From: Camelus dromedarius
Lineage: Eukaryota
Assembly: GCF_036321535.1 (NCBI RefSeq)
Contig: NC_087472.1
Coordinates: 94,118,001 to 94,182,000 of the forward strand
Direction of reading: 5' to 3'
DNA: 64,000 nucleotides
A model generated the notes under the pieces. The model saw only the letters and a list, made by a program, of their open reading frames with translations, ran no database searches and was not told the origin of the DNA. Shown in pieces: positions 25,901 through 37,900 of this stretch. Positions within the stretch are counted from its first letter, which is position 1. Each line of letters begins with the position of its first letter. Made by a program: the position numbers and the translations under genes.

Positions 25901-28900
25901 AGTACTGCCAGCTATTCCGTGTGGGCCGGGACAGGCGCTAAGGGCTTTTGTTTCTCCTGTCCTTTCAGAGTCACCCGTGAGGCAGGTGCGGAAACGTTCC
26001 CCGTCTCGCGGTAGAGACACCGAGGGTCAGAAATCGCCTTCGTCAGGCGCGGGGGGAGCAGCCGGGCGAGCTGCGGATGGACACGAGACGAACGGACCCA
26101 GACGTGTGCTGTTGAAGGCGAGGAAGAGGAGGCTTCCCACCGGATGGAGGTGTGTGGGCTGTGTGTTCCGGGCAGGTGAGGCGTCTTCTCCCCGGTAAAG
26201 CTGAGCGCCAACAGGATGCAGCCGCTGCTGCTTTGTGGAGGCTTCAGGTACATCTCCCCACCACTTGGGGAGGACGCAGAAGGGCACCGAGCGCCCCAGT
26301 AAGTCAGCGTGCTGGGATGTGCGGCGGGGCCGTCACAGCCCGAATCCCTGCCTGGCCCTGGCTTGCTGAAAGCGACAGCTCGGTTCATGGGAGGGTCTGT
26401 CCCCGACGCTCCGGAGTGCCGTCCCGTCGTCAAGCGAGGTGCTCCTCCATCGGGCCCGGGACCTGCCCGAAAGCGGTCAGAAGGTTTTCGGGGCGATGTT
26501 TTCGTCTCCATCCAGAGCTACGGAAAACTTGAGCTGGGACCAGTGCAAAGAAGCCTGGGAGAGGGTTCTCCACGGCAGCAACGGGCTCCACCCTCATGGC
26601 AGCATAAAGGGGTCAGCTTCCCCCCTTGTTGCAAGCCGAGGGCCAGAGGCTTGTGACTTTTGCCCCCGTGTGCCGAGCTCAGCGGGACGCTCATCGCAGA
26701 CCCGCTGACTGAGTGAGTGAACTTCCCCCTGTGAGCAAAAGCAGCTCCCCCGGGCCGTTCCCTAGCGCAGAGGTGTTTGCTGCAAGTTGGGCTCCCCCTA
26801 CGCAGCGGAGATAGTCCTTCCTCAGAGCTGTCTGTGGTAGGGAGCAGGAGGTCACAGAGCCAGAGGCAGCTGAAGGAAGGCCCACCCTTGGCGGTGTCTG
26901 CATGCGCAGTGAGCTTCCAGCGAGTGCTGGCAAGAAGGGGCGTTGGCGGCTCTTGGGGTGTCAGAAAGCCCGGGACCAAGAGGAGAACCTATGGATTCCA
27001 AGCAACGCAGTGAGTGTTGTGTGACTTTGACGGGGGGGGGTGGTCCTCATCCGTTGCCCCTCATCCCGCTTGTGGAAACAGGATGGCTGGGGCCTCCTGG
27101 ACTCCCAGCAGTTAGGATTCCCTACCTGTGAAGTGGTGCTTGTCTGTGCACTTGAGTCCGTGTATTGTGACCTCAATGCTGCTGTTTTGAGTCCCACCCT
27201 CTGATGCCCAGGGATGCAGCCTGAGGGGCCCCCATGAGAAGGAGGACACCATGAGGAGGAAAGCAGCACGGAGAAATCGGCAAGTTGAATCCTGCACATT
27301 CCACGGTGTGGCGTCGGGCTGACTTTCAGGAATGCCGGAAGAGCGGGATGGTTCCTGAGAATCTCTCGACCAGGCAGGAGGTCTGGGCGGGTGGGTGCGA
27401 CCCCGCCGCTCTAGAGGGTGCCCAGGTCTTGCTGATGAGGAGGCCGCAGTTTGGGAACAACCACTCTCCTGCGTCGCTTAAGGTCAGCACGTGCCAGGGA
27501 CCGATTTGCTCTTCTGATGAGCAGGGAGTAAGTTAGCAAAAGCTGCAGAACGTAAAGCAACGGAACAAACCAAACGGTTCGGGTTTCAGTTGACGGAGGT
27601 CTGTCGGGTAAGTCTGGGCCCGTTGGCCCTCTCGGTACTGGCAGTTCAAAGGTGAGGACTGTGTGGCGGACTGCACGGGTGAGTAAGTGCTGTAGACAGC
27701 TCAGTCTCCTTTGAGCACGTTGGCGGGCGACGGAGCGTTGGGCAAGGGAATAATAGTACTGCCAGCTATTCCGTGTGGGCCGGGACAGGCGCTAAGGGCT
27801 TTTGTTTCTCCTGTCCTTTCAGAGTCACCCGTGAGGCAGGTGCGGAAACGTTCCCCGTCTCGCGGTAGAGACACCGAGGGTCAGAAATCGCCTTCGTCAG
27901 GCGCGGGGGGAGCAGCCGGGCGAGCTGCGGATGGACACGAGACGAACGGACCCAGACGTGTGCTGTTGAAGGCGAGGAAGAGGAGGCTTCCCACCGGATG
28001 GAGGTGTGTGGGCTGTGTGTTCCGGGCAGGTGAGGCGTCTTCTCCCCGGTAAAGCTGAGCGCCAACAGGATGCAGCCGCTGCTGCTTTGTGGAGGCTTCA
28101 GGTACATCTCCCCACCACTTGGGGAGGACGCAGAAGGGCACCGAGCGCCCCAGTAAGTCAGCGTGCTGGGATGTGCGGCGGGGCCGTCACAGCCCGAATC
28201 CCTGCCTGGCCCTGGCTTGCTGAAAGCGACAGCTCGGTTCATGGGAGGGTCTGTCCCCGACGCTCCGGAGTGCCGTCCCGTCGTCAAGCGAGGTGCTCCT
28301 CCATCGGGCCCGGGACCTGCCCGAAAGCGGTCAGAAGGTTTTCGGGGCGATGTTTTCGTCTCCATCCAGAGCTACGGAAAACTTGAGCTGGGACCAGTGC
28401 AAAGAAGCCTGCGAGAGGGTTCTCCACGGCAGCAACGGGCTCCACCCTCATGGCAGCATAAAGGGGTCAGCTTCCCCCCTTGTTGCAAGCCGAGGGCCAG
28501 AGGCTTGTGACTTTTGCCCCCGTGTGCCGAGCTCAGCGGGACGCTCATCGCAGACCCGCTGACTGAGTGAGTGAACTTCCCCCTGTGAGCAAAAGCAGCT
28601 CCCCCGGGCCGTTCCCTAGCGCAGAGGTGTTTGCTGCAAGTTGGGCTCCCCCTACGCAGCGGAGATAGTCCTTCCTCAGAGCTGTCTGTGGTAGGGAGCA
28701 GGAGGTCACAGAGCCAGAGGCAGCTGAAGGAAGGCCCACCCTTGGCGGTGTCTGCATGCGCAGTGAGCTTCCAGCGAGTGCTGGCAAGAAGGGGCGTTGG
28801 CGGCTCTTGGGGTGTCAGAAAGCCCGGGACCAAGAGGAGAACCTATGGATTCCAAGCAACGCAGTGAGTGTTGTGTGACTTTGACGGGGGGGGGTGGTCC

Positions 28901-31900
28901 TCATCCGTTGCCCCTCATCCCGCTTGTGGAAACAGGATGGCTGGGGCCTCCTGGACTCCCAGCAGTTAGGATTCCCTACCTGTGAAGTGGTGCTTGTCTG
29001 TGCACTTGAGTCCGTGTATTGTGACCTCAATGCTGCTGTTTTGAGTCCCACCCTCTGACGCCCAGGGATGCAGCCTGAGGGGCCCCCATGAGAAGGAGGA
29101 CACCATGAGGAGGAAAGCAGCACGGAGAAATCGGCAAGTTGAATCCTGCACATTCCACGGTGTGGCGTCGGGCTGACTTTCAGGAATGCCGGAAGAGCGG
29201 GATGGTTCCTGAGAATCTCTCGACCAGGCAGGAGGTCTGGGCGGGTGGGTGCGACCCCGCCGCTCTAGAGGGTGCCCAGGTCTTGCTGATGAGGAGGCCG
29301 CAGTTTGGGAACAACCACTCTCCTGCGTCGCTTAAGGTCAGCACGTGCCAGGGACCGATTTGCTCTTCTGATGAGCAGGGAGTAAGTTAGCAAAAGCTGC
29401 AGAACGTAAAGCAACGGAACAAACCAAACGGTTCGGGTTTCAGTTGACGGAGGTCTGTCGGGTAAGTCTGGGCCCGTTGGCCCTCTCGGTACTGGCAGTT
29501 CAAAGGTGAGGACTGTGTGGCGGACTGCACGGGTGAGTAAGTGCTGTAGACAGCTCAGTCTCCTTTGAGCACGTTGGCGGGCGACGGAGCGTTGGGCAAG
29601 GGAATAATAGTACTGCCAGCTATTCCGTGTGGGCCGGGACAGGCGCTAAGGGCTTTTGTTTCTCCTGTCCTTTCAGAGTCACCCGTGAGGCAGGTGCGGA
29701 AACGTTCCCCGTCTCGCGGTAGAGACACCGAGGGTCAGAAATCGCCTTCGTCAGGCGCGGGGGGAGCAGCCGGGCGAGCTGCGGATGGACACGAGACGAA
29801 CGGACCCAGACGTGTGCTGTTGAAGGCGAGGAAGAGGAGGCTTCCCACCGGATGGAGGTGTGTGGGCTGTGTGTTCCGGGCAGGTGAGGCGTCTTCTCCC
29901 CGGTAAAGCTGAGCGCCAACAGGATGCAGCCGCTGCTGCTTTGTGGAGGCTTCAGGTACATCTCCCCACCACTTGGGGAGGACGCAGAAGGGCACCGAGC
30001 GCCCCAGTAAGTCAGCGTGCTGGGATGTGCGGCGGGGCCGTCACAGCCCGAATCCCTGCCTGGCCCTGGCTTGCTGAAAGCGACAGCTCGGTTCATGGGA
30101 GGGTCTGTCCCCGACGCTCCGGAGTGCCGTCCCGTCGTCAAGCGAGGTGCTCCTCCATCGGGCCCGGGACCTGCCCGAAAGCGGTCAGAAGGTTTTCGGG
30201 GCGATGTTTTCGTCTCCATCCAGAGCTACGGAAAACTTGAGCTGGGACCAGTGCAAAGAAGCCTGCGAGAGGGTTCTCCACGGCAGCAACGGGCTCCACC
30301 CTCATGGCAGCATAAAGGGGTCAGCTTCCCCCCTTGTTGCAAGCCGAGGGCCAGAGGCTTGTGACTTTTGCCCCCGTGTGCCGAGCTCAGCGGGACGCTC
30401 ATCGCAGACCCGCTGACTGAGTGAGTGAACTTCCCCCTGTGAGCAAAAGCAGCTCCCCCGGGCCGTTCCCTAGCGCAGAGGTGTTTGCTGCAAGTTGGGC
30501 TCCCCCTACGCAGCGGAGATAGTCCTTCCTCAGAGCTGTCTGTGGTAGGGAGCAGGAGGTCACAGAGCCAGAGGCAGCTGAAGGAAGGCCCACCCTTGGC
30601 GGTGTCTGCATGCGCAGTGAGCTTCCAGCGAGTGCTGGCAAGAAGGGGCGTTGGCGGCTCTTGGGGTGTCAGAAAGCCCGGGACCAAGAGGAGAACCTAT
30701 GGATTCCAAGCAACGCAGTGAGTGTTGTGTGACTTTGACGGGGGGGGGTGGTCCTCATCCGTTGCCCCTCATCCCGCTTGTGGAAACAGGATGGCTGGGG
30801 CCTCCTGGACTCCCAGCAGTTAGGATTCCCTACCTGTGAAGTGGTGCTTGTCTGTGCACTTGAGTCCGTGTATTGTGACCTCAATGCTGCTGTTTTGAGT
30901 CCCACCCTCTGATGCCCAGGGATGCAGCCTGAGGGGCCCCCATGAGAAGGAGGACACCATGAGGAGGAAAGCAGCACGGAGAAATCGGCAAATTGAATCC
31001 TGCACATTCCACGGTGTGGCGTCGGGCTGACTTTCAGGAATGCCGGAAGAGCGGGATGGTTCCTGAGAATCTCTCGACCAGGCAGGAGGTCTGGGCGGGT
31101 GGGTGCGACCCCGCCGCTCTAGAGGGTGCCCAGGTCTTGCTGATGAGGAGGCCGCAGTTTGGGAACAACCACTCTCCTGCGTCGCTTAAGGTCAGCACGT
31201 GCCAGGGACCGATTTGCTCTTCTGATGAGCAGGGAGTAAGTTAGCAAAAGCTGCAGAACGTAAAGCAACGGAACAAACCAAACGGTTCGGGTTTCAGTTG
31301 ACGGAGGTCTGTCGGGTAAGTCTGGGCCCGTTGGCCCTGTCGGTACTGGCAGTTCAAAGGTGAGGACTGTGTGGCGGACTGCACGGGTGAGTAAGTGCTG
31401 TAGACAGCTCAGTCTCCTTTGAGCACGTTGGCGGGCGACGGAGCGTTGGGCAAGGGAATAATAGTACTGCCAGCTATTCCGTGTGGGCCGGGACAGGCGC
31501 TAAGGGCTTTTGTTTCTCCTGTCCTTTCAGAGTCACCCGTGAGGCAGGTGCGGAAACGTTCCCCGTCTCGCGGTAGAGACACCGAGGGTCAGAAATCGCC
31601 TTCGTCAGGCGCGGGGGGAGCAGCCGGGCGAGCTGCGGATGGACACGAGACGAACGGACCCAGACGTGTGCTGTTGAAGGCGAGGAAGAGGAGGCTTCCC
31701 ACCGGATGGAGGTGTGTGGGCTGTGTGTTCCGGGCAGGTGAGGCGTCTTCTCCCCGGTAAAGCTGAGCGCCAACAGGATGCAGCCGCTGCTGCTTTGTGG
31801 AGGCTTCAGGTACATCTCCCCACCACTTGGGGAGGACGCAGAAGGGCACCGAGCGCCCCAGTAAGTCAGCGTGCTGGGATGTGCGGCGGGGCCGTCACAG

Positions 31901-34900
31901 CCCGAATCCCTGCCTGGCCCTGGCTTGCTGAAAGCGACAGCTCGGTTCATGGGAGGGTCTGTCCCCGACGCTCCGGAGTGCCGTCCCGTCGTCAAGCGAG
32001 GTGCTCCTCCATCGGGCCCGGGACCTGCCCGAAAGCGGTCAGAAGGTTTTCGGGGCGATGTTTTCGTCTCCATCCAGAGCTACGGAAAACTTGAGCTGGG
32101 ACCAGTGCAAAGAAGCCTGGGAGAGGGTTCTCCACGGCAGCAACGGGCTCCACCCTCATGGCAGCATAAAGGGGTCAGCTTCCCCCCTTGTTGCAAGCCG
32201 AGGGCCAGAGGCTTGTGACTTTTGCCCCCGTGTGCCGAGCTCAGCGGGACGCTCATCGCAGACCCGCTGACTGAGTGAGTGAACTTCCCCCTGTGAGCAA
32301 AAGCAGCTCCCCCGGGCCGTTCCCTAGCGCAGAGGTGTTTGCTGCAAGTTGGGCTCCCCCTACGCAGCGGAGATAGTCCTTCCTCAGAGCTGTCTGTGGT
32401 AGGGAGCAGGAGGTCACAGAGCCAGAGGCAGCTGAAGGAAGGCCCACCCTTGGCGGTGTCTGCATGCGCAGTGAGCTTCCAGCGAGTGCTGGCAAGAAGG
32501 GGCGTTGGCGGCTCTTGGGGTGTCAGAAAGCCCGGGACCAAGAGGAGAACCTATGGATTCCAAGCAACGCAGTGAGTGTTGTGTGACTTTGACGGGGGGG
32601 GGGTGGTCCTCATCCGTTGCCCCTCATCCCGCTTGTGGAAACAGGATGGCTGGGGCCTCCTGGACTCCCGGCAGTTAGGATTCCCTACCTGTGAAGTGGT
32701 GCTTGTCTGTGCACTTGAGTCCGTGTATTGTGACCTCAATGCTGCTGTTTTGAGTCCCACCCTCTGATGCCCAGGGATGCAGCCTGAGGGGCCCCCATGA
32801 GAAGGAGGACACCATGAGGAGGAAAGCAGCACGGAGAAATCGGCAAATTGAATCCTGCACATTCCACGGTGTGGCGTCGGGCTGACTTTCAGGAATGCCG
32901 GAAGAGCGGGATGGTTCCTGAGAATCTCTCGACCAGGCAGGAGGTCTGGGCGGGTGGGTGCGACCCCGCCGCTCTAGAGGGTGCCCAGGTCTTGCTGATG
33001 AGGAGGCCGCAGTTTGGGAACAACCACTCTCCTGCGTCGCTTAAGGTCAGCACGTGCCAGGGACCGATTTGCTCTTCTGATGAGCAGGGAGTAAGTTAGC
33101 AAAAGCTGCAGAACGTAAAGCAACGGAACAAACCAAACGGTTCGGGTTTCAGTTGACGGAGGTCTGTCGGGTAAGTCTGGGCCCGTTGGCCCTGTCGGTA
33201 CTGGCAGTTCAAAGGTGAGGACTGTGTGGCGGACTGCACGGGTGAGTAAGTGCTGTAGACAGCTCAGTCTCCTTTGAGCACGTTGGCGGGCGACGGAGCG
33301 TTGGGCAAGGGAATAATAGTACTGCCAGCTATTCCGTGTGGGCCGGGACAGGCGCTAAGGGCTTTTGTTTCTCCTGTCCTTTCAGAGTCACCCGTGAGGC
33401 AGGTGCGGAAACGTTCCCCGTCTCGCGGTAGAGACACCGAGGGTCAGAAATCGCCTTCGTCAGGCGCGGGGGGAGCAGCCGGGCGAGCTGCGGATGGACA
33501 CGAGACGAACGGACCCAGACGTGTGCTGTTGAAGGCGAGGAAGAGGAGGCTTCCCACCGGATGGAGGTGTGTGGGCTGTGTGTTCCGGGCAGGTGAGGCG
33601 TCTTCTCCCCGGTAAAGCTGAGCGCCAACAGGATGCAGCCGCTGCTGCTTTGTGGAGGCTTCAGGTACATCTCCCCACCACTTGGGGAGGACGCAGAAGG
33701 GCACCGAGCGCCCCAGTAAGTCAGCGTGCTGGGATGTGCGGCGGGGCCGTCACAGCCCGAATCCCTGCCTGGCCCTGGCTTGCTGAAAGCGACAGCTCGG
33801 TTCATGGGAGGGTCTGTCCCCGACGCTCCGGAGTGCCGTCCCGTCGTCAAGCGAGGTGCTCCTCCATCGGGCCCGGGACCTGCCCGAAAGCGGTCAGAAG
33901 GTTTTCGGGGCGATGTTTTCGTCTCCATCCAGAGCTACGGAAAACTTGAGCTGGGACCAGTGCAAAGAAGCCTGGGAGAGGGTTCTCCACGGCAGCAACG
34001 GGCTCCACCCTCATGGCAGCATAAAGGGGTCAGCTTCCCCCCTTGTTGCAAGCCGAGGGCCAGAGGCTTGTGACTTTTGCCCCCGTGTGCCGAGCTCAGC
34101 GGGACGCTCATCGCAGACCCGCTGACTGAGTGAGTGAACTTCCCCCTGTGAGCAAAAGCAGCTCCCCCGGGCCGTTCCCTAGCGCAGAGGTGTTTGCTGC
34201 AAGTTGGGCTCCCCCTACGCAGCGGAGATAGTCCTTCCTCAGAGCTGTCTGTGGTAGGGAGCAGGAGGTCACAGAGCCAGAGGCAGCTGAAGGAAGGCCC
34301 ACCCTTGGCGGTGTCTGCATGCGCAGTGAGCTTCCAGCGAGTGCTGGCAAGAAGGGGCGTTGGCGGCTCTTGGGGTGTCAGAAAGCCCGGGACCAAGAGG
34401 AGAACCTATGGATTCCAAGCAACGCAGTGAGTGTTGTGTGACTTTGACGGGGGGGGGGTGGTCCTCATCCGTTGCCCCTCATCCCGCTTGTGGAAACAGG
34501 ATGGCTGGGGCCTCCTGGACTCCCGGCAGTTAGGATTCCCTACCTGTGAAGTGGTGCTTGTCTGTGCACTTGAGTCCGTGTATTGTGACCTCAATGCTGC
34601 TGTTTTGAGTCCCACCCTCTGATGCCCAGGGATGCAGCCTGAGGGGCCCCCATGAGAAGGAGGACACCATGAGGAGGAAAGCAGCACGGAGAAATCGGCA
34701 AATTGAATCCTGCACATTCCACGGTGTGGCGTCGGGCTGACTTTCAGGAATGCCGGAAGAGCGGGATGGTTCCTGAGAATCTCTCGACCAGGCAGGAGGT
34801 CTGGGCGGGTGGGTGCGACCCCGCCGCTCTAGAGGGTGCCCAGGTCTTGCTGATGAGGAGGCCGCAGTTTGGGAACAACCACTCTCCTGCGTCGCTTAAG

Positions 34901-37900
34901 GTCAGCACGTGCCAGGGACCGATTTGCTCTTCTGATGAGCAGGGAGTAAGTTAGCAAAAGCTGCAGAACGTAAAGCAACGGAACAAACCAAACGGTTCGG
35001 GTTTCAGTTGACGGAGGTCTGTCGGGTAAGTCTGGGCCCGTTGGCCCTGTCGGTACTGGCAGTTCAAAGGTGAGGACTGTGTGGCGGACTGCACGGGTGA
35101 GTAAGTGCTGTAGACAGCTCAGTCTCCTTTGAGCACGTTGGCGGGCGACGGAGCGTTGGGCAAGGGAATAATAGTACTGCCAGCTATTCCGTGTGGGCCG
35201 GGACAGGCGCTAAGGGCTTTTGTTTCTCCTGTCCTTTCAGAGTCACCCGTGAGGCAGGTGCGGAAACGTTCCCCGTCTCGCGGTAGAGACACCGAGGGTC
35301 AGAAATCGCCTTCGTCAGGCGCGGGGGGAGCAGCCGGGCGAGCTGCGGATGGACACGAGACGAACGGACCCAGACGTGTGCTGTTGAAGGCGAGGAAGAG
35401 GAGGCTTCCCACCGGATGGAGGTGTGTGGGCTGTGTGTTCCGGGCAGGTGAGGCGTCTTCTCCCCGGTAAAGCTGAGCGCCAACAGGATGCAGCCGCTGC
35501 TGCTTTGTGGAGGCTTCAGGTACATCTCCCCACCACTTGGGGAGGACGCAGAAGGGCACCGAGCGCCCCAGTAAGTCAGCGTGCTGGGATGTGCGGCGGG
35601 GCCGTCACAGCCCGAATCCCTGCCTGGCCCTGGCTTGCTGAAAGCGACAGCTCGGTTCATGGGAGGGTCTGTCCCCGACGCTCCGGAGTGCCGTCCCGTC
35701 GTCAAGCGAGGTGCTCCTCCATCGGGCCCGGGACCTGCCCGAAAGCGGTCAGAAGGTTTTCGGGGCGATGTTTTCGTCTCCATCCAGAGCTACGGAAAAC
35801 TTGAGCTGGGACCAGTGCAAAGAAGCCTGGGAGAGGGTTCTCCACGGCAGCAACGGGCTCCACCCTCATGGCAGCATAAAGGGGTCAGCTTCCCCCCTTG
35901 TTGCAAGCCGAGGGCCAGAGGCTTGTGACTTTTGCCCCCGTGTGCCGAGCTCAGCGGGACGCTCATCGCAGACCCGCTGACTGAGTGAGTGAACTTCCCC
36001 CTGTGAGCAAAAGCAGCTCCCCCGGGCCGTTCCCTAGCGCAGAGGTGTTTGCTGCAAGTTGGGCTCCCCCTACGCAGCGGAGATAGTCCTTCCTCAGAGC
36101 TGTCTGTGGTAGGGAGCAGGAGGTCACAGAGCCAGAGGCAGCTGAAGGAAGGCCCACCCTTGGCGGTGTCTGCATGCGCAGTGAGCTTCCAGCGAGTGCT
36201 GGCAAGAAGGGGCGTTGGCGGCTCTTGGAGTGTCAGAAAGCCCGGGACCAAGAGGAGAACCTATGGATTCCAAGCAACGCAGTGAGTGTTGTGTGACTTT
36301 GACGGGGGGGGGGTGGTCCTCATCCGTTGCCCCTCATCCCGCTTGTGGAAACAGGATGGCTGGGGCCTCCTGGACTCCCGGCAGTTAGGATTCCCTACCT
36401 GTGAAGTGGTGCTTGTCTGTGCACTTGAGTCCGTGTATTGTGACCTCAATGCTGCTGTTTTGAGTCCCACCCTCTGATGCCCAGGGATGCAGCCTGAGGG
36501 GCCCCCATGAGAAGGAGGACACCATGAGGAGGAAAGCAGCACGGAGAAATCGGCAAATTGAATCCTGCACATTCCACGGTGTGGCGTCGGGCTGACTTTC
36601 AGGAATGCCGGAAGAGCGGGATGGTTCCTGAGAATCTCTCGACCAGGCAGGAGGTCTGGGCGGGTGGGTGCGACCCCGCCGCTCTAGAGGGTGCCCAGGT
36701 CTTGCTGATGAGGAGGCCGCAGTTTGGGAACAACCACTCTCCTGCGTCGCTTAAGGTCAGCACGTGCCAGGGACCGATTTGCTCTTCTGATGAGCAGGGA
36801 GTAAGTTAGCAAAAGCTGCAGAACGTAAAGCAACGGAACAAACCAAACGGTTCGGGTTTCAGTTGACGGAGGTCTGTCGGGTAAGTCTGGGCCCGTTGGC
36901 CCTGTCGGTACTGGCAGTTCAAAGGTGAGGACTGTGTGGCGGACTGCACGGGTGAGTAAGTGCTGTAGACAGCTCAGTCTCCTTTGAGCACGTTGGCGGG
37001 CGACGGAGCGTTGGGCAAGGGAATAATAGTACTGCCAGCTATTCCGTGTGGGCCGGGACAGGCGCTAAGGGCTTTTGTTTCTCCTGTCCTTTCAGAGTCA
37101 CCCGTGAGGCAGGTGCGGAAACGTTCCCCGTCTCGCGGTAGAGACACCGAGGGTCAGAAATCGCCTTCGTCAGGCGCGGGGGGAGCAGCCGGGCGAGCTG
37201 CGGATGGACACGAGACGAACGGACCCAGACGTGTGCTGTTGAAGGCGAGGAAGAGGAGGCTTCCCACCGGATGGAGGTGTGTGGGCTGTGTGTTCCGGGC
37301 AGGTGAGGCGTCTTCTCCCCGGTAAAGCTGAGCGCCAACAGGATGCAGCCGCTGCTGCTTTGTGGAGGCTTCAGGTACATCTCCCCACCACTTGGGGAGG
37401 ACGCAGAAGGGCACCGAGCGCCCCAGTAAGTCAGCGTGCTGGGATGTGCGGCGGGGCCGTCACAGCCCGAATCCCTGCCTGGCCCTGGCTTGCTGAAAGC
37501 GACAGCTCGGTTCATGGGAGGGTCTGTCCCCGACGCTCCGGAGTGCCGTCCCGTCGTCAAGCGAGGTGCTCCTCCATCGGGCCCGGGACCTGCCCGAAAG
37601 CGGTCAGAAGGTTTTCGGGGCGATGTTTTCGTCTCCATCCAGAGCTACGGAAAACTTGAGCTGGGACCAGTGCAAAGAAGCCTGGGAGAGGGTTCTCCAC
37701 GGCAGCAACGGGCTCCACCCTCATGGCAGCATAAAGGGGTCAGCTTCCCCCCTTGTTGCAAGCCGAGGGCCAGAGGCTTGTGACTTTTGCCCCCGTGTGC
37801 CGAGCTCAGCGGGACGCTCATCGCAGACCCGCTGACTGAGTGAGTGAACTTCCCCCTGTGAGCAAAAGCAGCTCCCCCGGGCCGTTCCCTAGCGCAGAGG

